Below are positions 34,250 to 42,667 of a DNA stretch of 42,667 bases, one piece after another (position 1 is the stretch's first letter; every line of letters begins with the position of its first letter). This stretch comes from Bryobacteraceae bacterium (lineage in GTDB: Bacteria; Acidobacteriota; Terriglobia; Bryobacterales; Bryobacteraceae). The stretch covers positions 1 to 42,667 of the forward strand of contig DASRCB010000151.1 of NCBI GenBank assembly GCA_035653295.1, written 5' to 3'. The notes under the pieces are model-generated. The model had not been told where the DNA came from and ran no database searches. It saw only the letters and a program-made list of their open reading frames with translations. The translations under genes were made by a program, and so were the position numbers.

Positions 34250-36880
34250 TCATTCTGTGCGTAAGGCCTGCATGGGATCTATCGATGCCGCGCGGCGGGC
34301 AGGAACAAAACAGGCGATCAGTGTAGCGGCGCAGAGAAGAATGGCAACTATCACGAATGTCAGCCAATCCTCAGCTCCCACGCCATAGAGCATGCCACGC
34401 AGATAGCGGGTAAGCGCAAACGAGATGATCAGCCCGAGAAGCAGGCCCAGGCCCGCAAAGCGCAGGCCTCGTCCCAGGACCTGTCGAAAAACGTCTCGCT
34501 TGCCTGCACCGAGCGCCAGGCGAATGCCGATTTCATGGGTGCGTTGCCTGGTGGCATAGGCAACCACACCATAAACTCCGACGGCAGCGAGGATAAGAGC
34601 CAACAGCCCGAATGAACCTGCGAAGGCTGCTGCGATGCGCTCAAAGGCATTCCCAATCCGCATGTTCGCGGCGAGCGTGGTCTCGCCGAAGAGGGGCAAA
34701 TCGGCATTGAGTCCGTGAATGGTTCGTTCCACGGCGGAAGCATAGGCCATAGGATCGCCGGTTACGCGGACATATACAATCTGGTCGGCCCTGTAACTCT
34801 GGAACATCGGAATCAGCACCAGCGGCGCCGTGTCGTAAACCAGGCGACGGTACTTCCCATTGGCGGCCACACCAACCACTGTCGTCCAGTCTCCGGCAAC
34901 CTGCAGCCGCTTGCCGATCGGGTCTTGTCCCGGCCAATAGCGGTCGGCCAATGCCTTGTTGATAATCGAGATCCGCGGCGCGCCGGCATTGTCCCTTTCG
35001 GTAAAGTCCCGTCCCGCCAGCAAGGCTGTTCGTACGGTCCCTAAGTACTCCGGCCCTACGACACCCCTGTCGACCTCCATGGACTCGTTCCTGGCGGGCA
35101 CATAGCCTTCGGGCTGGATAAAGTCTGTATGTATCGTGTAGCTCAGCGGGGAGAAATCGCCCAGCGTGACCGACTGTACGCCAGGCAGCGATTTGAGGCG
35201 CACCAGCATTTGTTTGTCAAACTCAATGCCTTGCGCTCTGGAATAGCCCATCGGTTTCAGATCAAAGCTGGCAAGAAACACGTGGCTCGGATCGAACCCC
35301 GGATAGGAATCCTCTGCCCGCTGAAGCGTGCGGGCGAATAGCCCGGCACAGACCAGCAGCAGCAGCGACAGCGCAATCTGCCCGACCACCAGTCCTCCCG
35401 CCAGGCGCGACTTGTGGATCCCTCCGGAGGTATTGAGTGCCTCCTCCTTCAGAGCAGACACGGGATCGAGGGCGAGGCGGGAAGCTCGAAGAGCCGGCAG
35501 CAAGCCGGACAGTGCGGCAGTAAGAAGCGAAATGATGATGGCGGCCGCCAGCACCGTTCCGTCAACGCGTCCATTCAGCGTAAGAGGAAGTGTCGTGAGC
35601 GGCAGAAATGCGGACAATCCATGTGCCGTCCATTTCGTCAACAACAGCGCGAGCCCGGCTCCCGCCAGAGCGATCAACGCATTCTCCACCATCAACTGAA
35701 GCACCAGCGTCCAGCGGTTTGCCCCTATCGACAGGCGAATGGCGAATTCGCGCCGGCGCGCCACCGAGCGCACCAACAGAAGATTCGCCAGGTTCGCGCA
35801 GGCGAGCAGTAAGAGTACCAAAGCCAGGGCGAAAAGAACGGGCAGCGTTCCGTAAAGGTAGACATTTATATTGAACGGCGACCGCCACAGCGGATCGGAA
35901 GAGATCGTGTTTGGTCCCTTGTGCGCGTCCGGAAACCGCTCCACGAGGCCTTGCATCAGGCTGTTCAGCTCGTCTTCAGCTCGGCGATGATCGACTCCCG
36001 GCTTGAGTTTGCCAAGCACGTTGAGCCAGAAGACGTCGCGATGTCGAGGCCGATCGAAGCCCCAAATCTGGGAATCCATGCCAAGTGGTATCCATAGATC
36101 GGACCGTAACCCGCCGTTGCAGCCCTGGAAGCCCTCGGGGGCGACACCGACAATCGTGTACGGATGCAGATTGATGTGAACGGTCTTTCCAATGATGGAA
36201 GGATCCGCGCCAAAATGGTCCTTCCATAATCCGTAACCGAGCACCGCTTCGGCCACACCCAGCCGCTCATTCCGCGCAGTCGACGCAAGCGTTCGGCCCA
36301 GGATCGGGTGCAGACCGAGCACCTCAAAGTAATTCGACGACACCAGCGTCCCATAAATGCGCTCGGGCTTGCCCGAATCCGTGATCGCCATGTAGTCGTG
36401 GTGATAAGCGAGCAACCCGGCGAAGCTCCGGGCGTTATCGCGAAGGTCGGCGTAATCCATGTACGAAAACGGAGGAGTTGGATGCTCGCTTCTTTCGCCC
36501 CGCATGATGGTGATCATGTCGCTGGTGTGGGCAATGCCGGGGATGGGATCGAGCAGAGTCGAGTTGATCCAGCTGAAGATGGTGGTGTTGGCAGCGATGC
36601 CCAGCGCAAGGGTGACGATTGCAACGCAGGTAAAGCCGGGATTTCTTATCAGTTGACGAATCGCGAATTTAACATCGTGGAGCAGATTGTCGAACCACAC
36701 GATACGGCTGCGGAGATAGAAGCGTTCCTGTGCCACCTGCGCGCTGCCGAACTCGACTCTTGCCCTGCGACACGCCTCTTCTTCGCTCAAGCCCTCGCAC
36801 TGTAAGTCGTCGGCCTGGAGCTCGATATGCGATTTGATCTCCTCGGCGAAATCGTCCGCGCTTCTTCTGCGTCTGAACAT
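34250..36880 (-). CDS. ADOP-family permease with N-terminal cytoplasmic permease-prefix domain, translationally coupled to PadR
   Basis: The MFRRRRSADDFAEEIKSHIELQADDL...GLSEEEACRRARVEFG prefix, then FAIRQLIRNPGFTCVAIVTLALGIAANTTIF, two FtsX modules and the ending DPMQALRTE. Its ATG lies 2 nt after the PadR TAG stop. Confidence 0.85.
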   Translation of the reverse strand: MFRRRRSADDFAEEIKSHIELQADDLQCEGLSEEEACRRARVEFGSAQVAQERFYLRSRIVWFDNLLHDVKFAIRQLIRNPGFTCVAIVTLALGIAANTTIFSWINSTLLDPIPGIAHTSDMITIMRGERSEHPTPPFSYMDYADLRDNARSFAGLLAYHHDYMAITDSGKPERIYGTLVSSNYFEVLGLHPILGRTLASTARNERLGVAEAVLGYGLWKDHFGADPSIIGKTVHINLHPYTIVGVAPEGFQGCNGGLRSDLWIPLGMDSQIWGFDRPRHRDVFWLNVLGKLKPGVDHRRAEDELNSLMQGLVERFPDAHKGPNTISSDPLWRSPFNINVYLYGTLPVLFALALVLLLLACANLANLLLVRSVARRREFAIRLSIGANRWTLVLQLMVENALIALAGAGLALLLTKWTAHGLSAFLPLTTLPLTLNGRVDGTVLAAAIIISLLTAALSGLLPALRASRLALDPVSALKEEALNTSGGIHKSRLAGGLVVGQIALSLLLLVCAGLFARTLQRAEDSYPGFDPSHVFLASFDLKPMGYSRAQGIEFDKQMLVRLKSLPGVQSVTLGDFSPLSYTIHTDFIQPEGYVPARNESMEVDRGVVGPEYLGTVRTALLAGRDFTERDNAGAPRISIINKALADRYWPGQDPIGKRLQVAGDWTTVVGVAANGKYRRLVYDTAPLVLIPMFQSYRADQIVYVRVTGDPMAYASAVERTIHGLNADLPLFGETTLAANMRIGNAFERIAAAFAGSFGLLALILAAVGVYGVVAYATRQRTHEIGIRLALGAGKRDVFRQVLGRGLRFAGLGLLLGLIISFALTRYLRGMLYGVGAEDWLTFVIVAILLCAATLIACFVPARRAASIDPMQALRTE

Positions 36881-36882
36881 GA

Positions 36883-37266
36883 CTACGCCTGTTCGCTGTT
36901 CGGCCGTGCAGCCAGAATCAATCCCATCGCTCTGGTCAGCCGCTGCCATTCGCTGGTCTTTTCCACGAGCTGCCGGCGTCCCCTGGGAGTCAGGGAATAG
37001 AAGCGCGCCTTACGGTTGTTCTCGCTAACGCCCCACTTCGCGCTGATCCACTTTTTGTCTTCCAGGCGCTGGAGAGCAAGATATAGCGAACCATGATCGA
37101 CGAAAAAGACCTCCTCCGACTGGCGTTGTATGGAGCGCGCTATGCCTTGCCCGTGGCATGCGCCGAGCAGGAGGGTTCTGAGAATGAGCAGGTCGAGCGT
37201 ACCCTGGAGGAGGGCGATGCGATCGTCGGGACTGTTTTGGGAAGGCATCCGACATAAACGTGACAT
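36883..37266 (-). CDS. PadR family transcriptional regulator
   Basis: [60 protein letters not shown] is a PadR winged-HTH. 127 aa. Confidence 0.8.
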   Translation of the reverse strand: MSRLCRMPSQNSPDDRIALLQGTLDLLILRTLLLGACHGQGIARSIQRQSEEVFFVDHGSLYLALQRLEDKKWISAKWGVSENNRKARFYSLTPRGRRQLVEKTSEWQRLTRAMGLILAARPNSEQA

Positions 37267-37415
37267 GATTTGGGTCGGATGTCAACAGGAAGGACGACGC
37301 CTCGATAGAATTGTGAGCTTCCGGCGGCCGTATGCAATTTGAGGCAGCACGCGCGCCGGGTTCAGGCGCCGGGTTCAGGTTGCCAGACGAATTGGCCTTT
37401 GCTATTCTTTCCCGA

Positions 37416-38741
37416 ATGCCGCTCGTTCCGCCGGCGCCTGGCGTGCGCCGTCCCGCAGTGTTTTACGGCTGGTGGGTTGCTCTGACCGCAGCGACCGGAT
37501 TATTTCTCAGCATCGTGCCGATTGTCGTGTTTTCGTTCGGCGTGTTTCTCAGGCCAATCACGAGGGACTTTCATGCGGGCCGCGGCGAGGTCTCATTTGC
37601 TTACACTCTGTTCAGCCTGACTCAGTCGGTGAGCATGCCGCTTGCCGGCTGGCTCATGGACCGCTTCGGCGCGCGGCGCGTAATTCTCCCATCCATGGTG
37701 CTGGGAAGCGTCGTTCTGCTGCTGGTTCCGTTTTGCTCCAACAGCCTGCTGCGGCTTTATGTCATCTTCGGGCTGCTCGGTGTGCTTGCCGCCGGCGCGG
37801 GCGTGGTCGCTTTCGCCAAGGTGACGTCGCAGTGGTTCGACAGGCATCGCGGGCTGGCGCTCGGGCTAATGATGCTGGGCCTTGGACTGGGCGCGTTTGT
37901 GATGCCGTGGTTTGCCCATTTGCTCATCGCAGGATTCGGCTGGCGTGTTGCATACGCAGGCGTGGGAGCCGCCATCCTGCTGGTTTCGACTCCGCTGGTC
38001 ATGAAGTTTCTCAGGGAGAGGTCGGAGAGCCTGGGGCTAATGCCCGACGGGGCGATCTCCAGCGATCGGGCGGCGCCCGCCGAGCCGATAAGCAGGGATC
38101 CGGGCATGACATGGCGCGACGCGTTATGTACCCGGACGTTCTGGCTTCTGTTCACGTCGTTCGCCCTCGTAGCCGCCGCCACACAGGCCTGTTTTACGCA
38201 CATGGCGGCGATCGTTTCGGATCGGGGCAGCAATGGGCAACTCGCGGCGCTCGCGTCTTCGCTTCTCGGCGGCGGGCTTCTGGTCGGCCGCACCGGCTCC
38301 GGTTACCTGCTGGACCGGTTCTTCGCCCCGCGGGTGGCAGCCGTGATTTTCGCCGGCGCCGGCTGCGGAATCGCACTGCTGCGCATCGCTTCCTCGCCGG
38401 GGGCTGCGTTCGTGGCCGCTTTTCTGATTGGTCTTGCACTCGGCGCCGAGGGTGACGTGATGCCGTACCTGACAAGCCGCTATTTCGGGCTTCGCTCCTT
38501 CGGTGAGATCTGCGGCATCATTTTCGCTGGCTTTTCGGTCGCGGGAGGATTGGGTCCGTACCTGATGGGAGCCGCTTTCGACGCCCATCATTCATACGCT
38601 CTTCCGCTGATTCTGTTTTGCGTAGCGGTGCTGGTTGCCGCGGCGCTCATGTTGCTTGCCGGTCCTTACCGGCGCGGCGCGATGTCCGTCATGGACGGCG
38701 GTCTGGACGGGTACGTCCCTGAACCGGCAATCGAGGCGTGA
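37416..38741 (+). CDS. MFS transporter
   Basis: 12 predicted TM segments. The MFS loop motif GWLMDRFGARRV is present. The start is taken at MPLVPPAPG, because the upstream part of the ORF is not membrane-like. Confidence 0.8.
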   Translation: MPLVPPAPGVRRPAVFYGWWVALTAATGLFLSIVPIVVFSFGVFLRPITRDFHAGRGEVSFAYTLFSLTQSVSMPLAGWLMDRFGARRVILPSMVLGSVVLLLVPFCSNSLLRLYVIFGLLGVLAAGAGVVAFAKVTSQWFDRHRGLALGLMMLGLGLGAFVMPWFAHLLIAGFGWRVAYAGVGAAILLVSTPLVMKFLRERSESLGLMPDGAISSDRAAPAEPISRDPGMTWRDALCTRTFWLLFTSFALVAAATQACFTHMAAIVSDRGSNGQLAALASSLLGGGLLVGRTGSGYLLDRFFAPRVAAVIFAGAGCGIALLRIASSPGAAFVAAFLIGLALGAEGDVMPYLTSRYFGLRSFGEICGIIFAGFSVAGGLGPYLMGAAFDAHHSYALPLILFCVAVLVAAALMLLAGPYRRGAMSVMDGGLDGYVPEPAIEA

Positions 38742-38745
38742 GGAT

Positions 38746-39759
38746 ATGAAAAAGATCGCACTGGAAGAACACGTCCTTGTTCCCGGCGCCGAGCAGATAG
38801 TGCCCGAGCATCAGACCCATCCCGAATTCAAACACAACATGCCGGCGCTGCTCGATATCACCGGCGCTCGCATACGCGCGATGGACGAGGGTGAGATCGA
38901 AGTCTCTGTTCTTTCGCCCACCGCCCCGGGATTGCAGGGTTTGAGCGAAGCCGCCGTGAAAGATCTCGGGAATATCGCACGGCGATGGAATGATTATCTT
39001 GCGGAGGCGGTAGCCAGGCATCAGGCCCGGCTGAAGGTTTTCGCGGCTCTTCCCATGTGCGACCCGGAACTCGCAGTCGGCGAACTCAGCCGGGCTGTCA
39101 AAGAGCTGGGCTTTGTCGGGGCCCTGGTGAACGGTTACGACAACTCGGGAAATGCGCCGGCCAGATACTATGATTCGCCGCAATATGCCGATTTCTGGAA
39201 AACGGCCGCGGCGCTGGATGTGCCGGTGTATGTCCATCCGCGCTCAGTGCCGGACGATCGTACGACTACGTATTCCGGCTACCCCGAGCTTCGCGGTTCC
39301 GCGTGGGGGTTTCACGTTGAGACGGCCGAGCACATGCTGCGGCTGATGATGAGCGGACTATTCGACAAACTGCCGACCCTGCGCATCATCATCGGACACC
39401 TCGGGGAACTTCTTCCGTTGTGGGCGTGGCGGATCGACCATCGCCTGAACCGCGAGCGATGGGCCGCGTGGGCCGGTGAACAAGGCCGGCCACGGAAACT
39501 CACCGTAAGCGAGTATCTCCGGCGCAATTTCTTCGCGACAACCAGCGGGACATTCGATACGGATGCATTGAAACATGTGGTCAGCGTTATGGGATCGGAT
39601 CGAGTGTTGTATTCGGTTGACTATCCATACGAATCGACTACCGAGGCCAGCGAGTGGTTCGAGGGCCTTGACCTCGAACCGCAGGTGAAAGCAGCCATCG
39701 CTTACGGCAACGCCGAACAACTGCTCGGGTTGCGGAAACTGAGAGGCGCCCGAGCTTAA
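38746..39759 (+). CDS. amidohydrolase-2 (ACMSD) family non-oxidative aromatic-acid decarboxylase, gamma-resorcylate (2,6-dihydroxybenzoate) decarboxylase / LigW-like
   Basis: Starts MKKIALEEHV. Extended colinearity with gamma-resorcylate decarboxylase: LGFVGALVNGY...YYDSPQYADFWKTAAALDVPVYVHPR...LRLMMSGLFDKLPTLRIIIGHLGELLPLWAWRIDHR...YPYE. A GAGG RBS is present, 5 nt after the MFS stop. Confidence 0.8.
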   Translation: MKKIALEEHVLVPGAEQIVPEHQTHPEFKHNMPALLDITGARIRAMDEGEIEVSVLSPTAPGLQGLSEAAVKDLGNIARRWNDYLAEAVARHQARLKVFAALPMCDPELAVGELSRAVKELGFVGALVNGYDNSGNAPARYYDSPQYADFWKTAAALDVPVYVHPRSVPDDRTTTYSGYPELRGSAWGFHVETAEHMLRLMMSGLFDKLPTLRIIIGHLGELLPLWAWRIDHRLNRERWAAWAGEQGRPRKLTVSEYLRRNFFATTSGTFDTDALKHVVSVMGSDRVLYSVDYPYESTTEASEWFEGLDLEPQVKAAIAYGNAEQLLGLRKLRGARA

Positions 39760-39784
39760 ACGCCGGCCGTGGCCGGAGCGACAA

Positions 39785-41863
39785 TTGCGAAGGGGATATA
39801 TCATGACGCTCAATCGACGCGAGTTCGTTGAATTGGCCGCGGCGATCGGAGCCTCGCTGGCGTGGGGCGGATCGGCTCGAGCATCAACGACGCGCTGGCG
39901 TGAGCGGCGCGACCTTTACCCGCAGGGCGTCGCGTCCGGCGATCCCGATCCGAGCAGCGTTATCCTCTGGACCCGGCGGCCGTTCGAATCCGGCGGCCGC
40001 CGTGTGCTCACGGTGGAGGTTGCCGAGGATGACGCGTTCCGGCGGGTGGTCGCAAAAGCGTCCGCGCCGGTCTCAGCGGAAGCGGATTGGACGACGCGCG
40101 TGCTGGTAGGTCATCTCAAGCCTGCGCGCGTCTACTGGTACCGCTTCACCGATGGAGAGGGGAACGGCAGCCGCGTCGGCCGGACGATCACCGCGCCGCT
40201 GGCGAACGATCCACGGCCGGTCAATTTCGCGTTTGTCAGCTGCCAGGACGTCAATGAAGGCAAGCTCAACGCCTATCGCCGGATGATCTTCGAGGATGAG
40301 CGCTCGGCGCCGGCCGATCAACTCGGTTTCGTTCTCCACCTGGGTGATTTCATTTATGAGGTCGTCGAATATCCGGAGGAGCAGCCGACGCGGTACGACC
40401 GCACGATCTACGACGTCGGCCGGATTCCCGATGGCGGCCAGACCGGCAAATTCCATTACCCGCTAACGGTCGAAGGTTATCGCGTCATCTACAAGGGCTA
40501 CCTTGCCGACCCCGATCTGCAGGACGCGCGCGCGCGATGGCCGTTCGTCGGCATGTGGGACAATCACGAATTTTCGTGGCAGGGAAGGCAGAGCATCGTC
40601 CAGGCAGGGGGCCCTCCGCGACCGGGCCAGACTGTCAAGGTCGCGGCCAACCAGGCATGGTTCGAATATATTCCCGCACGCGTGAAGGCGCCGAGCGGAT
40701 CGCTCGAGACGTTCGGCGCGGTGGCGGTGAAAAACGTGCCGATCGAAAAGTGGGACGACAGCGGCCTCGGGGTCGAGCCCAACAATCTGAAGGCTATCAA
40801 CAGCCTGATCGGCTATCGCTCTTTGCGCTATGGCCGGCATCTCGATCTCATTCTCACCGACCAGCACAGCTTCTGCGGCGACGATCCGACGGATGCGCAG
40901 GGCGTTGACAAGATTTACGATCCGGCTTTCAACGGGATGTTTTCCGAACCGGCGATGATCGCGCTTGATGCCGGCCGCGCCTTCAACGGGGGCAAACCGC
41001 CCGCCGAACTCAGCTTCGGCGGCGTCAGCATCCCGAATCCTCGAAGGGACTCACCGCCGCACACGATCCTCGGGACCCTTCAGAAGGAATGGTTCAAGGA
41101 CCAGCTCCGCCGGTCCACCGCCACCTGGAAGATCTGGGGGAATTCGCAGGGAGCCCTGGATTCACGGGCCGACCCGCAGAACCTTCCCGATGGACTCACG
41201 AAGCAGAAATGGCCGGCCGACACCTTCGCGCAGTTCGGCAGCGGCGATTGGGGTAGCGCCTACCACGAGCGTGGCGAGATTTATAACCTTGTCCGCGCTG
41301 CGAAGATCACCGGGTTCGCGATCGTGTCGGGCGACCGTCACAGCTTCTGGGCAGGCTATGCCGCCTCCCGATTGCCACCGGCCAGGTTCGAGCCGGTGGG
41401 GATCAGTTTCGTCGGCGCCTCGCTGGCCAGCCCTGGGGCGATGGAGGCTTATGAGCACAGGCTTCCCAAAGATCATCCGCTCCGCGCGCTTTTCCTGGCC
41501 GACCGGCCCGGGGGTAAGCCCGAATGGACCTACAACATGCTGCTCAAGCACGGCGTGCGCTCGTGCCTTGAATACGCCAGGAGTTTCGACCTGAAGCGCG
41601 CTCACGCCGTTTCCAATCCGCAACTTTCCCCGCACCTGGAATTCGTGGATATGGGCGGTCACGGGTATGCGACGGTGCGGCTCACCGCCGATGAGATGCG
41701 GACGGAGTTCGTGTGCATTCCACGCCCGATCACGCGCAGCGATCGTGCCGATGGCGGTCCTCTTCGCTATCGCGTGGTGCACACGGCCTCGCTATGGAAA
41801 GCGGGCGAGCGGCCTTTGCTGCGGCAGGAAGTGATTGAGGGCGATCCCGGCCTTTCGATCTGA
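39785..41863 (+). CDS. phoD: alkaline phosphatase D (PhoD-like metallophosphatase) with Tat signal
   Basis: Twin-arginine motif NRREFVELAAAIGASLAWGGSARA. The PhoD N-terminal domain shows PQGVASGDPDPSSVILWTRR, and the calcineurin-like core shows GDFIYE...WDNHEF. Confidence 0.8.
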   Translation: MRRGYIMTLNRREFVELAAAIGASLAWGGSARASTTRWRERRDLYPQGVASGDPDPSSVILWTRRPFESGGRRVLTVEVAEDDAFRRVVAKASAPVSAEADWTTRVLVGHLKPARVYWYRFTDGEGNGSRVGRTITAPLANDPRPVNFAFVSCQDVNEGKLNAYRRMIFEDERSAPADQLGFVLHLGDFIYEVVEYPEEQPTRYDRTIYDVGRIPDGGQTGKFHYPLTVEGYRVIYKGYLADPDLQDARARWPFVGMWDNHEFSWQGRQSIVQAGGPPRPGQTVKVAANQAWFEYIPARVKAPSGSLETFGAVAVKNVPIEKWDDSGLGVEPNNLKAINSLIGYRSLRYGRHLDLILTDQHSFCGDDPTDAQGVDKIYDPAFNGMFSEPAMIALDAGRAFNGGKPPAELSFGGVSIPNPRRDSPPHTILGTLQKEWFKDQLRRSTATWKIWGNSQGALDSRADPQNLPDGLTKQKWPADTFAQFGSGDWGSAYHERGEIYNLVRAAKITGFAIVSGDRHSFWAGYAASRLPPARFEPVGISFVGASLASPGAMEAYEHRLPKDHPLRALFLADRPGGKPEWTYNMLLKHGVRSCLEYARSFDLKRAHAVSNPQLSPHLEFVDMGGHGYATVRLTADEMRTEFVCIPRPITRSDRADGGPLRYRVVHTASLWKAGERPLLRQEVIEGDPGLSI

Positions 41864-42177
41864 GATAGCTGCGGGGCGATGATTGCGCCCTGCGTTATCG
41901 GGGTGACGGGGAGTGATCGCTAAGCGCATCAACCGGTATTGCTCCTGCATGAAGTCGGCCTCGAGTTGAATGTGCCGGGCGAACTGGAGTTCGCAACACC
42001 TTGAGTTCTGCTCCTCTCTCCCGATTCGGCGGCGTAGGCTCGACTACGGCACAGAACGGGTCATAATCGCTTCGCTGCGCGCGAGGTTAGGACATGGTCA
42101 TCGTGTCCGAAGCGCCGGATGACACGACGATTGCAAGGGCACGCTGGCGCTTGCTACTACGCCAGGCAGAGACTGCT

Positions 42178-42667
42178 TCAGCGCTGCCGATCAGCGCTAC
42201 CCGCCGCCAGCCCGGGGATCCAGCGCAGCGCATTATCGTGGAACAGCTTGCGGAGAACGGGCCGCGGCAGTTCGAGGCCTGTATACTCGTGCCCTTTGTA
42301 GTTCGCTTTTTCTGAGGTGGCGAAGAACTTCCAGTCGGTCTCGTACTGTTTCTTCCACTGATCGATGGCGTGCTGTGTGTCGTCGTTCGGCATGACCACC
42401 AGGTCCGTGGCGTAGAGAACCCGATCCTGGTACCGCATGAGAAAATCGCGCACCTTCGCGCGCGGCTGAATCATGAGGTAGGGAACACGCGCCGCCGTGT
42501 CCACGGCGAAGTTAGGATACCGATCGAGCCGGCGCGCCATTTGATCCACATCCGCTTCCATGCTGCCCAGGTGCGCTCCCACGACCCGCAGGTGTGGGTT
42601 CTGCTCCAGCAGATGATCGCGGGCATCGAGAATCGCCTGTTTTGAAGGCCACTCCGGATGTTTGTAC
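42178..42667 (-). CDS. amidohydrolase family protein, 5'-truncated at window edge (C-terminal fragment)
   Basis: The frame is open through the window end (upstream reads ...PEWPSKQAILDARDHLLEQNPHLRVVGAHLGSMEAD). The GAHLGS motif and VDTAARVPYLM are typical of amidohydrolase-2 C-terminal barrel strands. Confidence 0.6.
   Translation of the reverse strand, partial: YKHPEWPSKQAILDARDHLLEQNPHLRVVGAHLGSMEADVDQMARRLDRYPNFAVDTAARVPYLMIQPRAKVRDFLMRYQDRVLYATDLVVMPNDDTQHAIDQWKKQYETDWKFFATSEKANYKGHEYTGLELPRPVLRKLFHDNALRWIPGLAAGSADRQR

Overview
The window is high-GC (roughly 62-66%), densely coding DNA. Gene content suggests an Acidobacteriota-type chromosome (inference): two ADOP-type duplicated FtsX/MacB-like orphan permeases, one with the canonical upstream PadR regulator; a PEP-CTERM exosortase-substrate protein; and a >1000-aa TonB-dependent receptor with an N-terminal carboxypeptidase-regulatory-like domain.

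The first ~10 kb is a surface-glycan/EPS biosynthesis locus. It contains a 5'-truncated surface protein with InlB-B-type tandem repeats plus DUF4214 repeats, two GT-B glycosyltransferases, and a CDP-paratose-2-epimerase-like SDR. It also has a DUF4214-fused SAM methyltransferase, a sulfotransferase, the PEP-CTERM protein and a Wzm/Wzt ABC-2 exporter whose Wzt lacks a C-terminal carbohydrate-binding domain.

The rest is mixed metabolism and envelope genes: a YdiJ-like FAD/Fe-S oxidoreductase, a TM-less SPFH protein, ThuA-like, acyl-CoA carboxylase carboxyltransferase, TonB-dependent receptor, YqgE/AlgH, a J-like protein, PilZ and Gfo/Idh/MocA. Further on are DUF1080, a 3D-domain protein, hydantoinase B, an MFS plus gamma-resorcylate-decarboxylase-like amidohydrolase, and a Tat-secreted PhoD.

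The items most worth a second look are:
- a small secreted basic protein translationally coupled to a small acidic protein (candidate secreted toxin/nuclease-immunity pair);
- a membrane-anchored IS3-OrfA-like HTH protein placed where PadR normally sits upstream of an ADOP permease;
- a tRNA-like element with the non-bacterial anticodon AAG and a C1-C72 mismatch;
- hairpin-containing intergenic repeat copies flanking a lower-GC ThuA gene;
- a real-looking minus-strand gene with no in-frame stop that runs antisense into hyuB.

No CRISPR array, rRNA, or intact IS/transposon was seen. All family assignments come from motif recognition by eye and need HMM/BLAST confirmation.
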